Below, in pieces: positions 8,861 through 18,564 of a DNA stretch of 64,000 nt; positions within the stretch are counted from its first letter, which is position 1; each line of letters opens with the position of its first letter. A program made the translations under genes and the position numbers. The notes beneath the pieces are model-generated. The model saw nothing but the letters and a program-made list of their open reading frames with translations. It made no database searches and was not told where the DNA came from. The stretch comes from a virus. The stretch spans positions 7,850 through 71,849 of IMG/VR virus record IMGVR_UViG_3300036790_000218; one strand, 5' to 3'.

Positions 8861-9808
8861 ATGGCCAAGCAGAGCGGGCTCTCCGCGCGCTTCCTTGTAG
8901 GCGGCTACGACCTGTCTGGGGACATCCAGGCCCTGGACAAGATTTCCGGCGGCCCGGCGCTGTGGGACACCACCGACATCACCCAGTCCGCGCACTCCCG
9001 GACCGGCACGCTGCGGGACGGGTCGATGAGCTTCAGCGAGTTCTTCGACGCGGCGAATGCTCACCCGGTCCTGTCCGCGCTGCCCGTCACCGACGAACTG
9101 ATGACATTCCTGGTGCCGCCGCAGGCCATCGGCTCACCAGCGGCCTGCCTGAACGCCAAGCAGATCGGCTACGACCCGGACCGCGGCGCGGATGCCAGCC
9201 TGATCCTGAAGACCGAGGGCCAGGGCAACGGCTACGGCCTGGAATGGGGCCTGACACTCACCGCGGGCCTGCGCACCGACACGGCGGCCACGAACGGCAC
9301 GGCCCTGGACTGCGGAAACGGGTTCAGCACGCCTTCGGTCCCCGCGTCGGGTACGCCGGTCACCAATACCTCGCCCCTGCCCGCCACGGTGGTGATCAGC
9401 GGCGGCACCGTGTCCAACGTCGTCGTCAACGGCGTCAGCGTGGGCACCGGCGACGGCACCTACACCGTCCCGCCGGGCCAGGCGATCACGCTGACCTACT
9501 CGGCCGCGCCCACATGGACGTGGGCGCTGCAGACCACGTTCGGCGCGCAGGCCTACCTGCAGGTGACCGCCTTCACCGGGACCAGCGTCACCGTGGCCAT
9601 CCAGGACTCGGCGGACAACTCCTCGTTCGCCGCGGTGACCGGGCTCACGTTCACCGCGGTCACCGCCGCGCCGGCGACGCAACGGCTGGCCACGGCGAAC
9701 ACCGCGACGCTGCGGCGCTACGTGCGCGCGGTCACGACCGGCACCTTTGACCCGGCCACGTTCGCGGTGGCCTTGATGAGGAACCCGGTCGCGGGAGTTG
9801 CTTTCTGA
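8861..9808 (+). CDS. Tail structural protein (tube-like N-terminus MAKQSGL, extra beta domains)
   Basis: N-terminus resembles 10193 (MAKTSGL); DTTDITQSAHSR. Confidence 0.55.
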   Translation: MAKQSGLSARFLVGGYDLSGDIQALDKISGGPALWDTTDITQSAHSRTGTLRDGSMSFSEFFDAANAHPVLSALPVTDELMTFLVPPQAIGSPAACLNAKQIGYDPDRGADASLILKTEGQGNGYGLEWGLTLTAGLRTDTAATNGTALDCGNGFSTPSVPASGTPVTNTSPLPATVVISGGTVSNVVVNGVSVGTGDGTYTVPPGQAITLTYSAAPTWTWALQTTFGAQAYLQVTAFTGTSVTVAIQDSADNSSFAAVTGLTFTAVTAAPATQRLATANTATLRRYVRAVTTGTFDPATFAVALMRNPVAGVAF

Positions 9809-10188
9809 TGGCCACCCGGGACTACCTCCTCCGCCTGCCGCGGGACACCACCGTCGTGGCTGCCTGCGAGGAAACGCGCTGCGAGAACTGGCTGTACGGG
9901 TGGGACACGGTCCTCGACGAGCGCACCCCGGCCGGCCGGGAACTGGCCGCATGGATCCGCTCCGGCCAGTCGGGCCGCGACTTCCGCGAGCTCGGCGCCG
10001 GCGACGGCGGCACCGTCGTGTTCCGCTTCGGCCCGCATCAGCGGTGCTTCGCCGAGCACCGCACCCGCCCGGCCCGCTGGCTGGTCCGCTCCGGGCAGCG
10101 CGTCACCGCGCACCAGGACATGCAGGCGTGGATCGGCGACCTCGACGACCACGTCAGCGACCTGCACCACAAGATCACAGGAGGTTGA
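9808..10188 (+). CDS. Hypothetical tail-region protein
   Basis: Coupled ORF; CEETRC...CFAEH. Confidence 0.5.
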   Translation: MATRDYLLRLPRDTTVVAACEETRCENWLYGWDTVLDERTPAGRELAAWIRSGQSGRDFRELGAGDGGTVVFRFGPHQRCFAEHRTRPARWLVRSGQRVTAHQDMQAWIGDLDDHVSDLHHKITGG

Positions 10189-10192
10189 GCAG

Positions 10193-10612
10193 TTGGCTAA
10201 AACGTCGGGCCTGGGCGCCGCGATCGTGATCGACGATGCTTCCGGCACTCCGCAGACCATCTCCAACGACATCACCGAGTTCTCATTCAGCACCCCGCGC
10301 GGCGTGCAGGACATCACGGGCGTGGACAAGTCCGCCCACGAGCGGCTGCTGCTGCTGGCCGATGCCAGCACGAGCCTGAAGGGCGTTTTCAACGCGGCGG
10401 CCAACATGTCGCACGCCGTGTTCTCGTCGATCCCTTCCACGTCGGTGGACCGCACCACGAAGATCACGCCCACCGCGAACAGCGTGCCGTACCTGTCGAC
10501 CGAGCAGCTGTTCTCCGACTACGCGCTCAGCCGGTCGGCTACCGGTGAGCTCACGTTCGATGTGACTGGCGCCCTTGCTGACGGGACTGTCCCATCTTGG
10601 ACCAATTCATGA
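10193..10612 (+). CDS. Major tail (tube) protein, module 1
   Basis: 139 aa, DITGVDKSAHERLLLLAD; upstream of chaperones and tape measure. Confidence 0.65.
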   Translation: MAKTSGLGAAIVIDDASGTPQTISNDITEFSFSTPRGVQDITGVDKSAHERLLLLADASTSLKGVFNAAANMSHAVFSSIPSTSVDRTTKITPTANSVPYLSTEQLFSDYALSRSATGELTFDVTGALADGTVPSWTNS

Positions 10613-11025
10613 CGAATGTCGGATTTGAGGCGCCCGGTGGCGGGTTCGAGGCCCCGGAAACACTGATCGGCCTGGACTTCTCCGAGACCCCGTACGCAGG
10701 CCTGGAGGTCACCGTCGCGGCCGGGAGCATGGGCGAGTTCCTGGACCTCGAGGATCTCGCGGCGGCCGGGGAGAACCGGCAGATGTTCCGCCGGTTCGCA
10801 GCGCTGCTGCGGTCCTGGAACCTGACCCGGGGCGGCGTGCCGGTCCCGGCCACCTACGAGGGGATGCTCACGCTGGAGCCGGCCTTCACGGAAATGATCA
10901 TCACGGTCTGGCAGCGCAACGTCACCTCGGCGCCGCCCCCTTTGCAAAACGGCTCGCCCTCTGGCGCGAGTTCGCCGGAGGCACAACTAGCTCAGGCGAG
11001 CCGGTCACTAAACCCGCAGAACTGA
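10609..11025 (+). CDS. Tail assembly chaperone G (module 1)
   Basis: Between tube and tape measure; LRSWNL motif; slippery site near the 3' end. Confidence 0.7.
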   Translation: MTNVGFEAPGGGFEAPETLIGLDFSETPYAGLEVTVAAGSMGEFLDLEDLAAAGENRQMFRRFAALLRSWNLTRGGVPVPATYEGMLTLEPAFTEMIITVWQRNVTSAPPPLQNGSPSGASSPEAQLAQASRSLNPQN

Positions 11026-11177
11026 CCAGGGCGGAGATCGTCATGGGCCTGTGCCGGGTGTTCGGCCCCGGGGTGCTGCCCGGCCAGGTCCTGGCTGAGC
11101 CCGCCACAGTGCTGCGCCTCGTGCAGGTCTACCAGGCCGGCCACCGCGAAGACGACGAGGAGGGAGGTGAGGCCTGA
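10938..11177 (+). CDS. Chaperone GT extension via -1 frameshift at C CCT TTG (10938-10944)
   Basis: X XXY YYZ heptamer in frame; -1 frame open (PFAKRLALW...EEGGEA*) to the base before the tape-measure start. Confidence 0.7.
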   Translation, partial: PFAKRLALWREFAGGTTSSGEPVTKPAELTRAEIVMGLCRVFGPGVLPGQVLAEPATVLRLVQVYQAGHREDDEEGGEA

Positions 11178-13766
11178 GTGGCGCAGAACTTCGTCCAGAT
11201 CAAGATCAAGGCGTCGGACACGGCGAAACCAGACCTCACCGACCTGCGTGCCCAGCTCGCTGACATCGGCCGCCAGGTCGAGACGGCGAAGGTCGACGTC
11301 AACGACACGGACGGCAAGGCGCGGCTGCTGGACATGAACGCGAAACTGGCCGCGCTGAACGCAAAGGTCGCCAACCCGAAGATCAGCCTGGCGGGGGCGA
11401 CCCGGGCGCAGGCTCAGATCGCGCTGCTCGACGCCCAGCTGCGCAAGTCGTCGGACGACAGCACCACGGCGAAGACCCGGTTCGGGGCGCTCGGCGGCGT
11501 GATCAACGCGCTGACCCTCGGGCTGAGCGGTGGCGTCGGCGAGATGAGCATGTTCCAGAAGGTCATGCTCGGCCTGAACATCGCCACGGGCCTCGGGGAG
11601 CCGCTGGTGGCCGGGCTGGCCGTGGCCGTCGGCGGCCTGGCCGCGGGCCTGGTGTCGGCCGGGTCGGCGGCCGGGGCGTTCGGGCTGCTGGCGAAGGCCA
11701 ACCTGACCGCCGCGTCGACCGCGGCCACGGCCGCGAATGCGGCGCAGACCCGGTACACCTCGGCGGTCACCGCCGCGAACGCGGCCTACTCCCGTGCCAT
11801 GGCGTCGGCGACGACGGCGACCGCGCGCAAGAACGCGGAGACCGCCCGCGCGTCGGCGCTGCAGTCCGCGTACAAGGCCCAGGTGCAGGCCACCACCGCC
11901 GCGTACGCGAACCTCACCCCGGCGCAGGTGGCCCTGTCGAAGCAGGTCGGCGCCATCCAGGGCCAGTGGCAGAAGTTCACCGCCAGCTTCGCCGGGCCGA
12001 CGTCGGTGATCGTCGCCCAGCTGCGCCCGCTGGTCACCAGCGTGCTGCCCGACATCCGCAAGCTGGCCCTGGCCGGGGAGACCGGCCTGTCGTCGATGCT
12101 GAGCGTGCTGGGGTCCAAGGGGAGCGGCGGGCTGGACAAGTTCGTGTCGATGATGGCGGACGAGGCCCCGGCGGCGATCATGCGGCTCGGTGTCGCCATC
12201 GGGCACATCGTCACCGGGATCGGCGGGATCCTGCGCGCGTTCATGCCGGTCAGCACCGGGCTGCTGTCCGGGCTGGACAACATCACGGCCAGGTTCGCCA
12301 AGTGGGGGCAGACCCTATCGGGGCACTCCGGGTTCCAGTCGCTGATGACCATGTTCCGGCAGGAGACGCCGCTGGCGGTGTCGGCGCTGAAGCAGCTCGC
12401 CGCGCTGATCAAGACCGTGGTCGCCAGCATGGCCGGGATGTCGACCTTCTCGAACTCGGCGTCGCTGCTGAAAATGCTGGACCTGCTGCTACCCGCGCTG
12501 AACAAGCTGGCCAAGGTACCGGGCCTGGTGCAGCTGATCCTCTACCTGAAGCTGGCGTCGGATGCCGGGAGCAAGCTGAAGACCGTCTTCTCCGGGATCG
12601 GCTCAGCGGTGGGCGTGTTCAAATCCGGGGCGTCGGCGTTCCAGGACCTGTCGGCCGGGTTCACCAACTCCGCAGCCGCGGCGTCCTCGGCGACCGGGGT
12701 ATGGGGGACGCTCGGGGGGAAGCTGTCGTCGGTAGGGTCGGCACTGTCGTCGGCCGCGTCGTCGGTGGCGTCGTTCGCCGCGCAGGTCGTGCAGCAGCTC
12801 GGCCGGGCCGCGGTGGCGACCGGGGCGTGGATCGCCGAGCACGCTGTCGCCGCGGCGTCGTTCATCGCCGAGAACGTGGCCATGGCCGCCAGCGCCACGG
12901 CGGCGTTCATCGCCGAGAACCTGGCCACCCTCGGCATCATCGCCGGGATCGCGCTGCTGGTCACCGCGGTCATCTACCTGGCCACCCACTGGCGGCAGGT
13001 GTGGGGCGTCGTCAAGAAGCTCGCGGTGGACGCCTTCCACATCCTCGTGGCCGCACTGAAGGCGTTCATCGCCCCGTGGGTCGCCGGGTTCCACCTGGCG
13101 CAGGATGTGGTCCGGGTCGTGATGAGCTTCATCCGCGACTGGATAAACGTCCAGGTAGACGAGGTGAAGGTGATCTTGTCGTGGTTCGGGCGGCTCGGCG
13201 GCCTGTTCCGCGGCTGGTGGGACGACGCGGTGCACGCGGTGACCGGCGCGGTCGCCCGGATGATCCAGTTCGTGTCCACCATCCCGGGCAAGATCATGAG
13301 CACCCTGTCGTCCCTGCCGGGCAAGCTGTTCAGCCTCGGCTCGCACATCATCTCCATGCTCGCGTCCGGGATCCGCTCGGCCATCGGCGACGTGACCCAC
13401 GCCATCGGCTCGGTGGTCGGCGAGATCACCTCGCATCTGCCGTTCTCCCCGGCGAAGAAAGGCCCGCTGTCCGGCTCGGGGTCGCCGGACAAGGCAGGCA
13501 GCCGGATCGCGCGAATGCTCGCGCAGGGGATGGCGTCGGGCACGTCGGCAGTGACCGAGGCCGCGGCGCGGATGGCCGGGGCCGCGGGCATCGGCGGCCG
13601 GCCCGTGATCGCGGGCGCGGGCACCGCCGGCATGCTGCGGCTGCAGGTCGGCCTCGAGGTGACCGGTGCCGACAGCCTGCTGCTGAAGTGGATCCGGAGC
13701 CAGGTGCGCGTGCACGGCGGCGGCGGCCCGGACTCGGTGCAGAAAGCATTCGGGAGGACATCTTGA
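11178..13766 (+). CDS. Tape measure protein 1 (862 aa)
   Basis: Long Ala/Gly-rich helical protein with periodic W/F and PAKKGPLS, after the chaperones. Confidence 0.85.
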   Translation: MAQNFVQIKIKASDTAKPDLTDLRAQLADIGRQVETAKVDVNDTDGKARLLDMNAKLAALNAKVANPKISLAGATRAQAQIALLDAQLRKSSDDSTTAKTRFGALGGVINALTLGLSGGVGEMSMFQKVMLGLNIATGLGEPLVAGLAVAVGGLAAGLVSAGSAAGAFGLLAKANLTAASTAATAANAAQTRYTSAVTAANAAYSRAMASATTATARKNAETARASALQSAYKAQVQATTAAYANLTPAQVALSKQVGAIQGQWQKFTASFAGPTSVIVAQLRPLVTSVLPDIRKLALAGETGLSSMLSVLGSKGSGGLDKFVSMMADEAPAAIMRLGVAIGHIVTGIGGILRAFMPVSTGLLSGLDNITARFAKWGQTLSGHSGFQSLMTMFRQETPLAVSALKQLAALIKTVVASMAGMSTFSNSASLLKMLDLLLPALNKLAKVPGLVQLILYLKLASDAGSKLKTVFSGIGSAVGVFKSGASAFQDLSAGFTNSAAAASSATGVWGTLGGKLSSVGSALSSAASSVASFAAQVVQQLGRAAVATGAWIAEHAVAAASFIAENVAMAASATAAFIAENLATLGIIAGIALLVTAVIYLATHWRQVWGVVKKLAVDAFHILVAALKAFIAPWVAGFHLAQDVVRVVMSFIRDWINVQVDEVKVILSWFGRLGGLFRGWWDDAVHAVTGAVARMIQFVSTIPGKIMSTLSSLPGKLFSLGSHIISMLASGIRSAIGDVTHAIGSVVGEITSHLPFSPAKKGPLSGSGSPDKAGSRIARMLAQGMASGTSAVTEAAARMAGAAGIGGRPVIAGAGTAGMLRLQVGLEVTGADSLLLKWIRSQVRVHGGGGPDSVQKAFGRTS

Positions 13767-13781
13767 GCGGGAGGCGCTGAG

Positions 13782-15053
13782 GTGCCAGCGAAAATCGGTG
13801 CCGCCGGGGCGACCGGCGGCGGCGGGCTGCCCGTCCCGGCTGACGCGTTCATCCGCGAGGACGGGGTGATCACGGCACCCCCGGACAGCGGCGGCGCGGT
13901 CACCTCGGTCAACGGGCTGGCCGGGGTCGTGGTGCTGACCGGCGCCAGCCTGGCCGCGGTGGTCACGCTGACCGACGAGGCGACGATCGCAGTCGACGCC
14001 TCCGCCGGGGCGTTCTTCCGGGTCACGCTCGGCGGGGACCGCACCCTGGGCACCCCGTCGGACCCGGCGGACGGCCAGCAGATCGTCTTCGAGTTCATCC
14101 AGGGCACCGGCGGCGGGTTCACCCTGGGGTTCAGCGCGGCGTACGCGTTCCCGGCGTCGATCCCTCAGCCGTCCCTGTCGACCACGGCGGGCCAGCGGGA
14201 TTTCCTGCAGTTCAGTTACGACGCCGGTGACAGCTTGTGGTGGTGCACCGGGTTCGTGCCGGGTCAGAACGCGGGCGTTGCCGCAATCTCGCAGGGCGGC
14301 ACCGGGCAGGTCACCCAGCAGGCCGCGCTCAACGCGCTCGCCGGGGCGCAGACTGCGGGCCGGTACCTGCGCGGCGATGGCTCCAACGTGGGAATGTCCG
14401 CGATCCTGGCGGCGGACCTGCCCTACGACGCCACGGCCTCCGACATCGCCTTCCTGGGAACGCAGGCCGCTGGCGCCGTCGGAAAGCCGCCTGACTCCGG
14501 CCACGTCCACCCCGCCTACGAGACCATCCCCTCTGATCACGGACTGCTGGCCTGGGTCTACAACATCGACAGCGCCGTCTCCAGTGACGTGATGATCGCC
14601 GGGACCATTTACCTGGCCAAGCTTCCCGTCCGGTACGACTTCACCGCCACTAACGTCTGGTTCGACATCTCCTCGGCCGGGTCGGGCGCGTCGTCCGGCA
14701 GCTTCGTCGGCCTGTACTCCAGCTCGGGCACGCTGCTGACCGGGTCGTCTGACCTGGGCGCACTCAGCACCGGGTTCAAAGAGGTGGCACTCACTACCCC
14801 GCAGGCGCTGACTGCCGGGACCTTCGTGTGGGTCGCGATGCTGGTCAACTACGCCTCGACGCAGCCGACACTGCGGGCCATGCTCTCGGCGCCGGGGCCG
14901 ACGAACAACATCGTGAACCTGAATCTCACCGCCGCCAGCTTCCGCTCCGCGGTTCCCTCTGGCGGCACTCTCCAGACAACGCTGCCCGGCTCGTTCACCC
15001 CGTCGTCGAACACGGCCACGGGCGCGCTGCCGTTCTGGTTCGGGATCTCCTGA
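13782..15053 (+). CDS. Tail fibre/accessory tail protein
   Basis: VTSVNGLAGVVVL and ISQGGTG fibre-type motifs, HVHP. Confidence 0.6.
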   Translation: MPAKIGAAGATGGGGLPVPADAFIREDGVITAPPDSGGAVTSVNGLAGVVVLTGASLAAVVTLTDEATIAVDASAGAFFRVTLGGDRTLGTPSDPADGQQIVFEFIQGTGGGFTLGFSAAYAFPASIPQPSLSTTAGQRDFLQFSYDAGDSLWWCTGFVPGQNAGVAAISQGGTGQVTQQAALNALAGAQTAGRYLRGDGSNVGMSAILAADLPYDATASDIAFLGTQAAGAVGKPPDSGHVHPAYETIPSDHGLLAWVYNIDSAVSSDVMIAGTIYLAKLPVRYDFTATNVWFDISSAGSGASSGSFVGLYSSSGTLLTGSSDLGALSTGFKEVALTTPQALTAGTFVWVAMLVNYASTQPTLRAMLSAPGPTNNIVNLNLTAASFRSAVPSGGTLQTTLPGSFTPSSNTATGALPFWFGIS

Positions 15054-17053
15054 TGGCCAGCGTGGTCCAGCCGGTCCTGGCCAACTGCTTCGCCGCGGGC
15101 GCTGGCCAGCTCGGCACGGCGATCCCCCAGGGCAGCGCCGTGGCCGGGAGCCTCGGCAACGCCGACGGGGCGCTGTTCGACACTCTGACCACGACGGGCG
15201 GGACGCTGGTCTACGGCAACGTGGCCGGCCGTCCGTGCTGCACGGTTACCCTCACCGCGTCGAACCAGGCGTGCACAGGGCTGTGGGCGGGCGGCGGGAT
15301 GATCGTCAACGCCGCCGCGCAGAACTGGTTCCGCAAGTACCTCTACACCCCGGCATGGCCGTCGGCGGTATGCACGGTGGCCGGCCAGGAGGTCTCGGGC
15401 TCCAAGGTCGGCGACGTTGTCCTGAACGCCAACGGCACGCTGAGCGTCCGCAACGCCGCCGGGACCGTGATCCTGACCACCACGAGCACCGTGCCGGTCG
15501 GCGCGTGGTACCGGATCGAGGGCTACTTCACCAGCAACGCCAGCACGGGGCAGGCCGAACTCAAGCTGTTCACCTCCCCGGACAGCATCACCCCGGCCGA
15601 GACGCAGACCTCAGCGGCGAACCAGAGCCTGCTCGGCGGGAACGTCAACCAGATGCGGTACGGCTCGCCGACGGGGGGACCGTCCGGGTACAGCTTCTCG
15701 TTCACCAGCGCCGCGCACTCCACGACGGGCTACATCGGTCCGGGCCCGGTCGTCTTCCACCAGGTGTGCGGCGCGCCTACGCCGTCCGGGTTCACGGTCT
15801 GCGCCAAGCCGACTGGCGGCACGTCGCTGCGCCTGAAGGTCGCCACCGACCCCGGCCTGAGCGAGAACGTCACCTGGGTCAGCGCGCAGGTCCCTGACCA
15901 GTACGGATACGTCAGGCATGTGGTCAGCGGGCTGAACCCGGCCACGCTGTATTACTGCCAGCTGGCCGACACGCCGCCGGGCGGCACCGAGGCCCTCGCA
16001 GGCCCGGTGTGCCAGTGCACGACCCTGCCGCCGGCCGGGTCGCCGGCGTCGTTCTCGGTGGCGTTCGCCAGCTGCATTTTCGATGCCGCGACATCACCGG
16101 ATCCGGACGCGGCCCTGGCCGACTGGGTTGCGTGGGCGGCGGAACAGGACGCGTTCCTCGGCTTGTTCCTCGGCGATTACCACTACGCCGACAGCACGTC
16201 GGCCAGTGTCAGCGTCCAGCTCGGCAACATCGAGCAGCAGTCGATGTATTACGTGGGCGCCCCGGTCACCACCTCGGCGTGGGGGTATTCGTGCCGGTCC
16301 GACCACGACTCAACGACGGACGGCGGCGACAGCGACAACGACTGGACCGCTGCCAACCTGGTGGCCTTCCAGGAAGCGTTTCCCTTCGCCGCTGACCTGC
16401 CCGACCCGAATGACCCGGTACAGGGCCTGTACCAGAGCTTCGTGTGCGGCCGTGTCCGGTTCATCGTGCTCGATCAGCGCAACGTCAACCGGTCCCCGGT
16501 CGCCGATGCGGACAACGGGTCGAAGACGATGCTCGGCGCGGACCAGCTGGCGTGGCTGCAGGCCGAGCTGGTCCAGCCGGAGCCGCTGAAAGTCATCGTC
16601 TGCGACACGAACTGGATGGGCAACGGCACCGCGATCAGCAGCTGCGGCCCCGGCTGGACGTACTACATGACCGAGCGGGCCGCAATCCTCTCCTACATCG
16701 CCGGGAACGCCTCGCTGGTGAAGAACGTGATGCTCTGGCACGGCGACGCGCACGGCGTGGGCTGCGTGCCCGGGTGGGGCAACGCCGACGGCGGGTTCCC
16801 GGTCTACTGCGCCGCGCCCTTGAGAAACGCGGGGATCGCGTTCACTTCGGAGATCGCCGCCACGTTCGCCCAGTCCTACAACAACGGCGGCGGCCAGTGC
16901 CGCCTCTACGGCCGGGTCGCCATCACCGACGACGGCCAGTCGATCAGCGTGACCTTCCAGGGCTGGGACGCGGTTGAGCAGACCGCCCAGGCGGAGCAGA
17001 CCGACACCTTCAACGTGCTGGCCGGGTACCGGCAGATGGCTGGTGTCCTGTGA
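15053..17053 (+). CDS. PhoD-family alkaline phosphatase fused to an N-terminal jelly-roll-like domain
   Basis: FASC, LFLGDYHYAD, SDHD, FIVLDQR, TMLGADQLAWL, WHGDAH; ATG overlaps the upstream stop. Confidence 0.75.
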   Translation: MASVVQPVLANCFAAGAGQLGTAIPQGSAVAGSLGNADGALFDTLTTTGGTLVYGNVAGRPCCTVTLTASNQACTGLWAGGGMIVNAAAQNWFRKYLYTPAWPSAVCTVAGQEVSGSKVGDVVLNANGTLSVRNAAGTVILTTTSTVPVGAWYRIEGYFTSNASTGQAELKLFTSPDSITPAETQTSAANQSLLGGNVNQMRYGSPTGGPSGYSFSFTSAAHSTTGYIGPGPVVFHQVCGAPTPSGFTVCAKPTGGTSLRLKVATDPGLSENVTWVSAQVPDQYGYVRHVVSGLNPATLYYCQLADTPPGGTEALAGPVCQCTTLPPAGSPASFSVAFASCIFDAATSPDPDAALADWVAWAAEQDAFLGLFLGDYHYADSTSASVSVQLGNIEQQSMYYVGAPVTTSAWGYSCRSDHDSTTDGGDSDNDWTAANLVAFQEAFPFAADLPDPNDPVQGLYQSFVCGRVRFIVLDQRNVNRSPVADADNGSKTMLGADQLAWLQAELVQPEPLKVIVCDTNWMGNGTAISSCGPGWTYYMTERAAILSYIAGNASLVKNVMLWHGDAHGVGCVPGWGNADGGFPVYCAAPLRNAGIAFTSEIAATFAQSYNNGGGQCRLYGRVAITDDGQSISVTFQGWDAVEQTAQAEQTDTFNVLAGYRQMAGVL

Positions 17054-18564
17054 CGACCCAGGTCACGCTGCCGCCGTCAAACCGGACGACAGGCAAGCCC
17101 GCTCCGGCCGCGGATGCCGACCTGCTCACGACCGCGCTGACGGCCATGTCGGCGACGTCGTTCTGCATGCCGACCGCCGACGCGACCGGCGTCAAGGACG
17201 CGGCGAACATCAGCGCGGCGGTGGCCGCTGGCAACATCGCCGTCCTCGGCCCCGGCACCTACTACCTGTCGGTGACCGTCGGCCCGCTGGTCACCGGCCA
17301 GTGGGTGATCTGCACGCCCGGCGTGCTCATCAACTGGCTGGGCACGGGCGACTGTTTCCGGTGGGTGGACGCCAGCACCTACACCGCGCGCACGCTCACC
17401 GGCGGCGGCCTGCTCGGCCGGCCGGTCATCGACGGCACCAGCGCAGGCGCCGGGTCGACAGGCCTGCACTTCGGCGACATCCTCGGATTCCAGTTCGACG
17501 TCAACGTCCAGAACTTCGCCAGTACCGGTGACATCGCCATTCACCCGGATAACCAGAATTACTGGACCGAGCAGGCGATCGGCCGCGCCTACATCTCCAA
17601 CTGCACGAGCGACGTGGTGTTCGACTGCGGCGGCGCGGATACCTCGGCCGGGTCGTTCGACCGGGGCGACTTCGCGTTCTACGTCCAGCACAAGACGTTC
17701 ACCGGCGGCGTCGTCACCTGGCAGAACGGCGCCTACCAGGTCGGCGGATGGTTCCGGCTATACGGCAACATCAACTCCAGCGCCACCACGTTCACGCAGG
17801 CAGTACTCACGCTCACCGGGCAGGCCCCGGCCGGCCACCCGTCATCTTTCTCGGGGCTGCAGTGCGGCATCGACATCAACGTCGAATCGGACGAAGGCCT
17901 GGCCCACACCTTCCAGACCATCAACTTCGGCAGCACCAGCAACACGATCACCGACTCTTTCGGCAGCATCAACTTCGGGTCCGGCAACCTGTTCACCGCC
18001 AGCAACATCACGAGCCTGTCCAGCCAGTTCACGTTCTTCGGCCCCGTCATCGGCGACTCCTCCCTGACAGAGGTCACCGTCCCGGACCGGATGGCCGTCA
18101 ACGGGGCAGCGTTCTTCCACTCCTCGGTCAGCACGCTGCTCGCCGCGTCAGTGTCCTACACCCCGGCCGACCCGGCCGGCAACGCCACCGGCACCCTGCT
18201 CATGGCCGGCCTTGGCGCGACATGCGTGTTCACCCCCGGCCTGACCGGGAAAGTCCAGGTCACCTGCACCGGGGTGATCCTGAACAACGCCGGGGACGGC
18301 TCGTTCCTGCGCGGCTCATACGGCACCGGCACAGCCCCCGCCAACGGCGCCGCTCTGGCCGGCACGAAATGGGGAACCGGAGCCGACAGCCAGCTGCAGG
18401 TCAAGGGCGCCTCGGCCAGCTCGGGCATCCCGTTCTCCATGACGCAGGTGCTGTCCCTGACCGCCGGGACCGCCTACTGGTTTGACGTGGCCGTGGCCGA
18501 GAACGGCGGCGGCACGTCTCAGGTGACCAACGTCGTGTACTCGATGACGGAACTGCTGGCATGA
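17050..18564 (+). CDS. Tail spike/fibre protein (beta-helix-like start)
   Basis: DATGVKD...LGPGTYYL start typical of pectate-lyase-like beta helices; homolog starts at 63519. Confidence 0.6.
   Translation: MTTQVTLPPSNRTTGKPAPAADADLLTTALTAMSATSFCMPTADATGVKDAANISAAVAAGNIAVLGPGTYYLSVTVGPLVTGQWVICTPGVLINWLGTGDCFRWVDASTYTARTLTGGGLLGRPVIDGTSAGAGSTGLHFGDILGFQFDVNVQNFASTGDIAIHPDNQNYWTEQAIGRAYISNCTSDVVFDCGGADTSAGSFDRGDFAFYVQHKTFTGGVVTWQNGAYQVGGWFRLYGNINSSATTFTQAVLTLTGQAPAGHPSSFSGLQCGIDINVESDEGLAHTFQTINFGSTSNTITDSFGSINFGSGNLFTASNITSLSSQFTFFGPVIGDSSLTEVTVPDRMAVNGAAFFHSSVSTLLAASVSYTPADPAGNATGTLLMAGLGATCVFTPGLTGKVQVTCTGVILNNAGDGSFLRGSYGTGTAPANGAALAGTKWGTGADSQLQVKGASASSGIPFSMTQVLSLTAGTAYWFDVAVAENGGGTSQVTNVVYSMTELLA
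17372..17498 (+). repeat. 127-bp exact direct repeat, copy 1
   Basis: CCAGCACCTACACC...CAGTTCGA identical to 63874-64000. Confidence 0.95.

Larger units (their letters stand above)
1..17371 (+). mobile_element. Second, distinct phage head-tail morphogenesis module (partial, runs off the left edge)
   Basis: Co-oriented, translationally coupled genes including HK97-type capsid, connector, tail tube, G/GT chaperones and tape measure, unlike those at 53-63 kb. Confidence 0.75.

Noticed and set aside
10938-10944. Tail chaperone frameshifts as a novelty (also 59834-59840)
   Set aside because: G/GT -1 frameshifting is standard in long-tailed phages; listed as features only
17280-17498. Diversity-generating retroelement TR/VR pair with 63780-64000
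   Set aside because: No reverse transcriptase in the window; the core is identical and flanking differences are not adenine-specific
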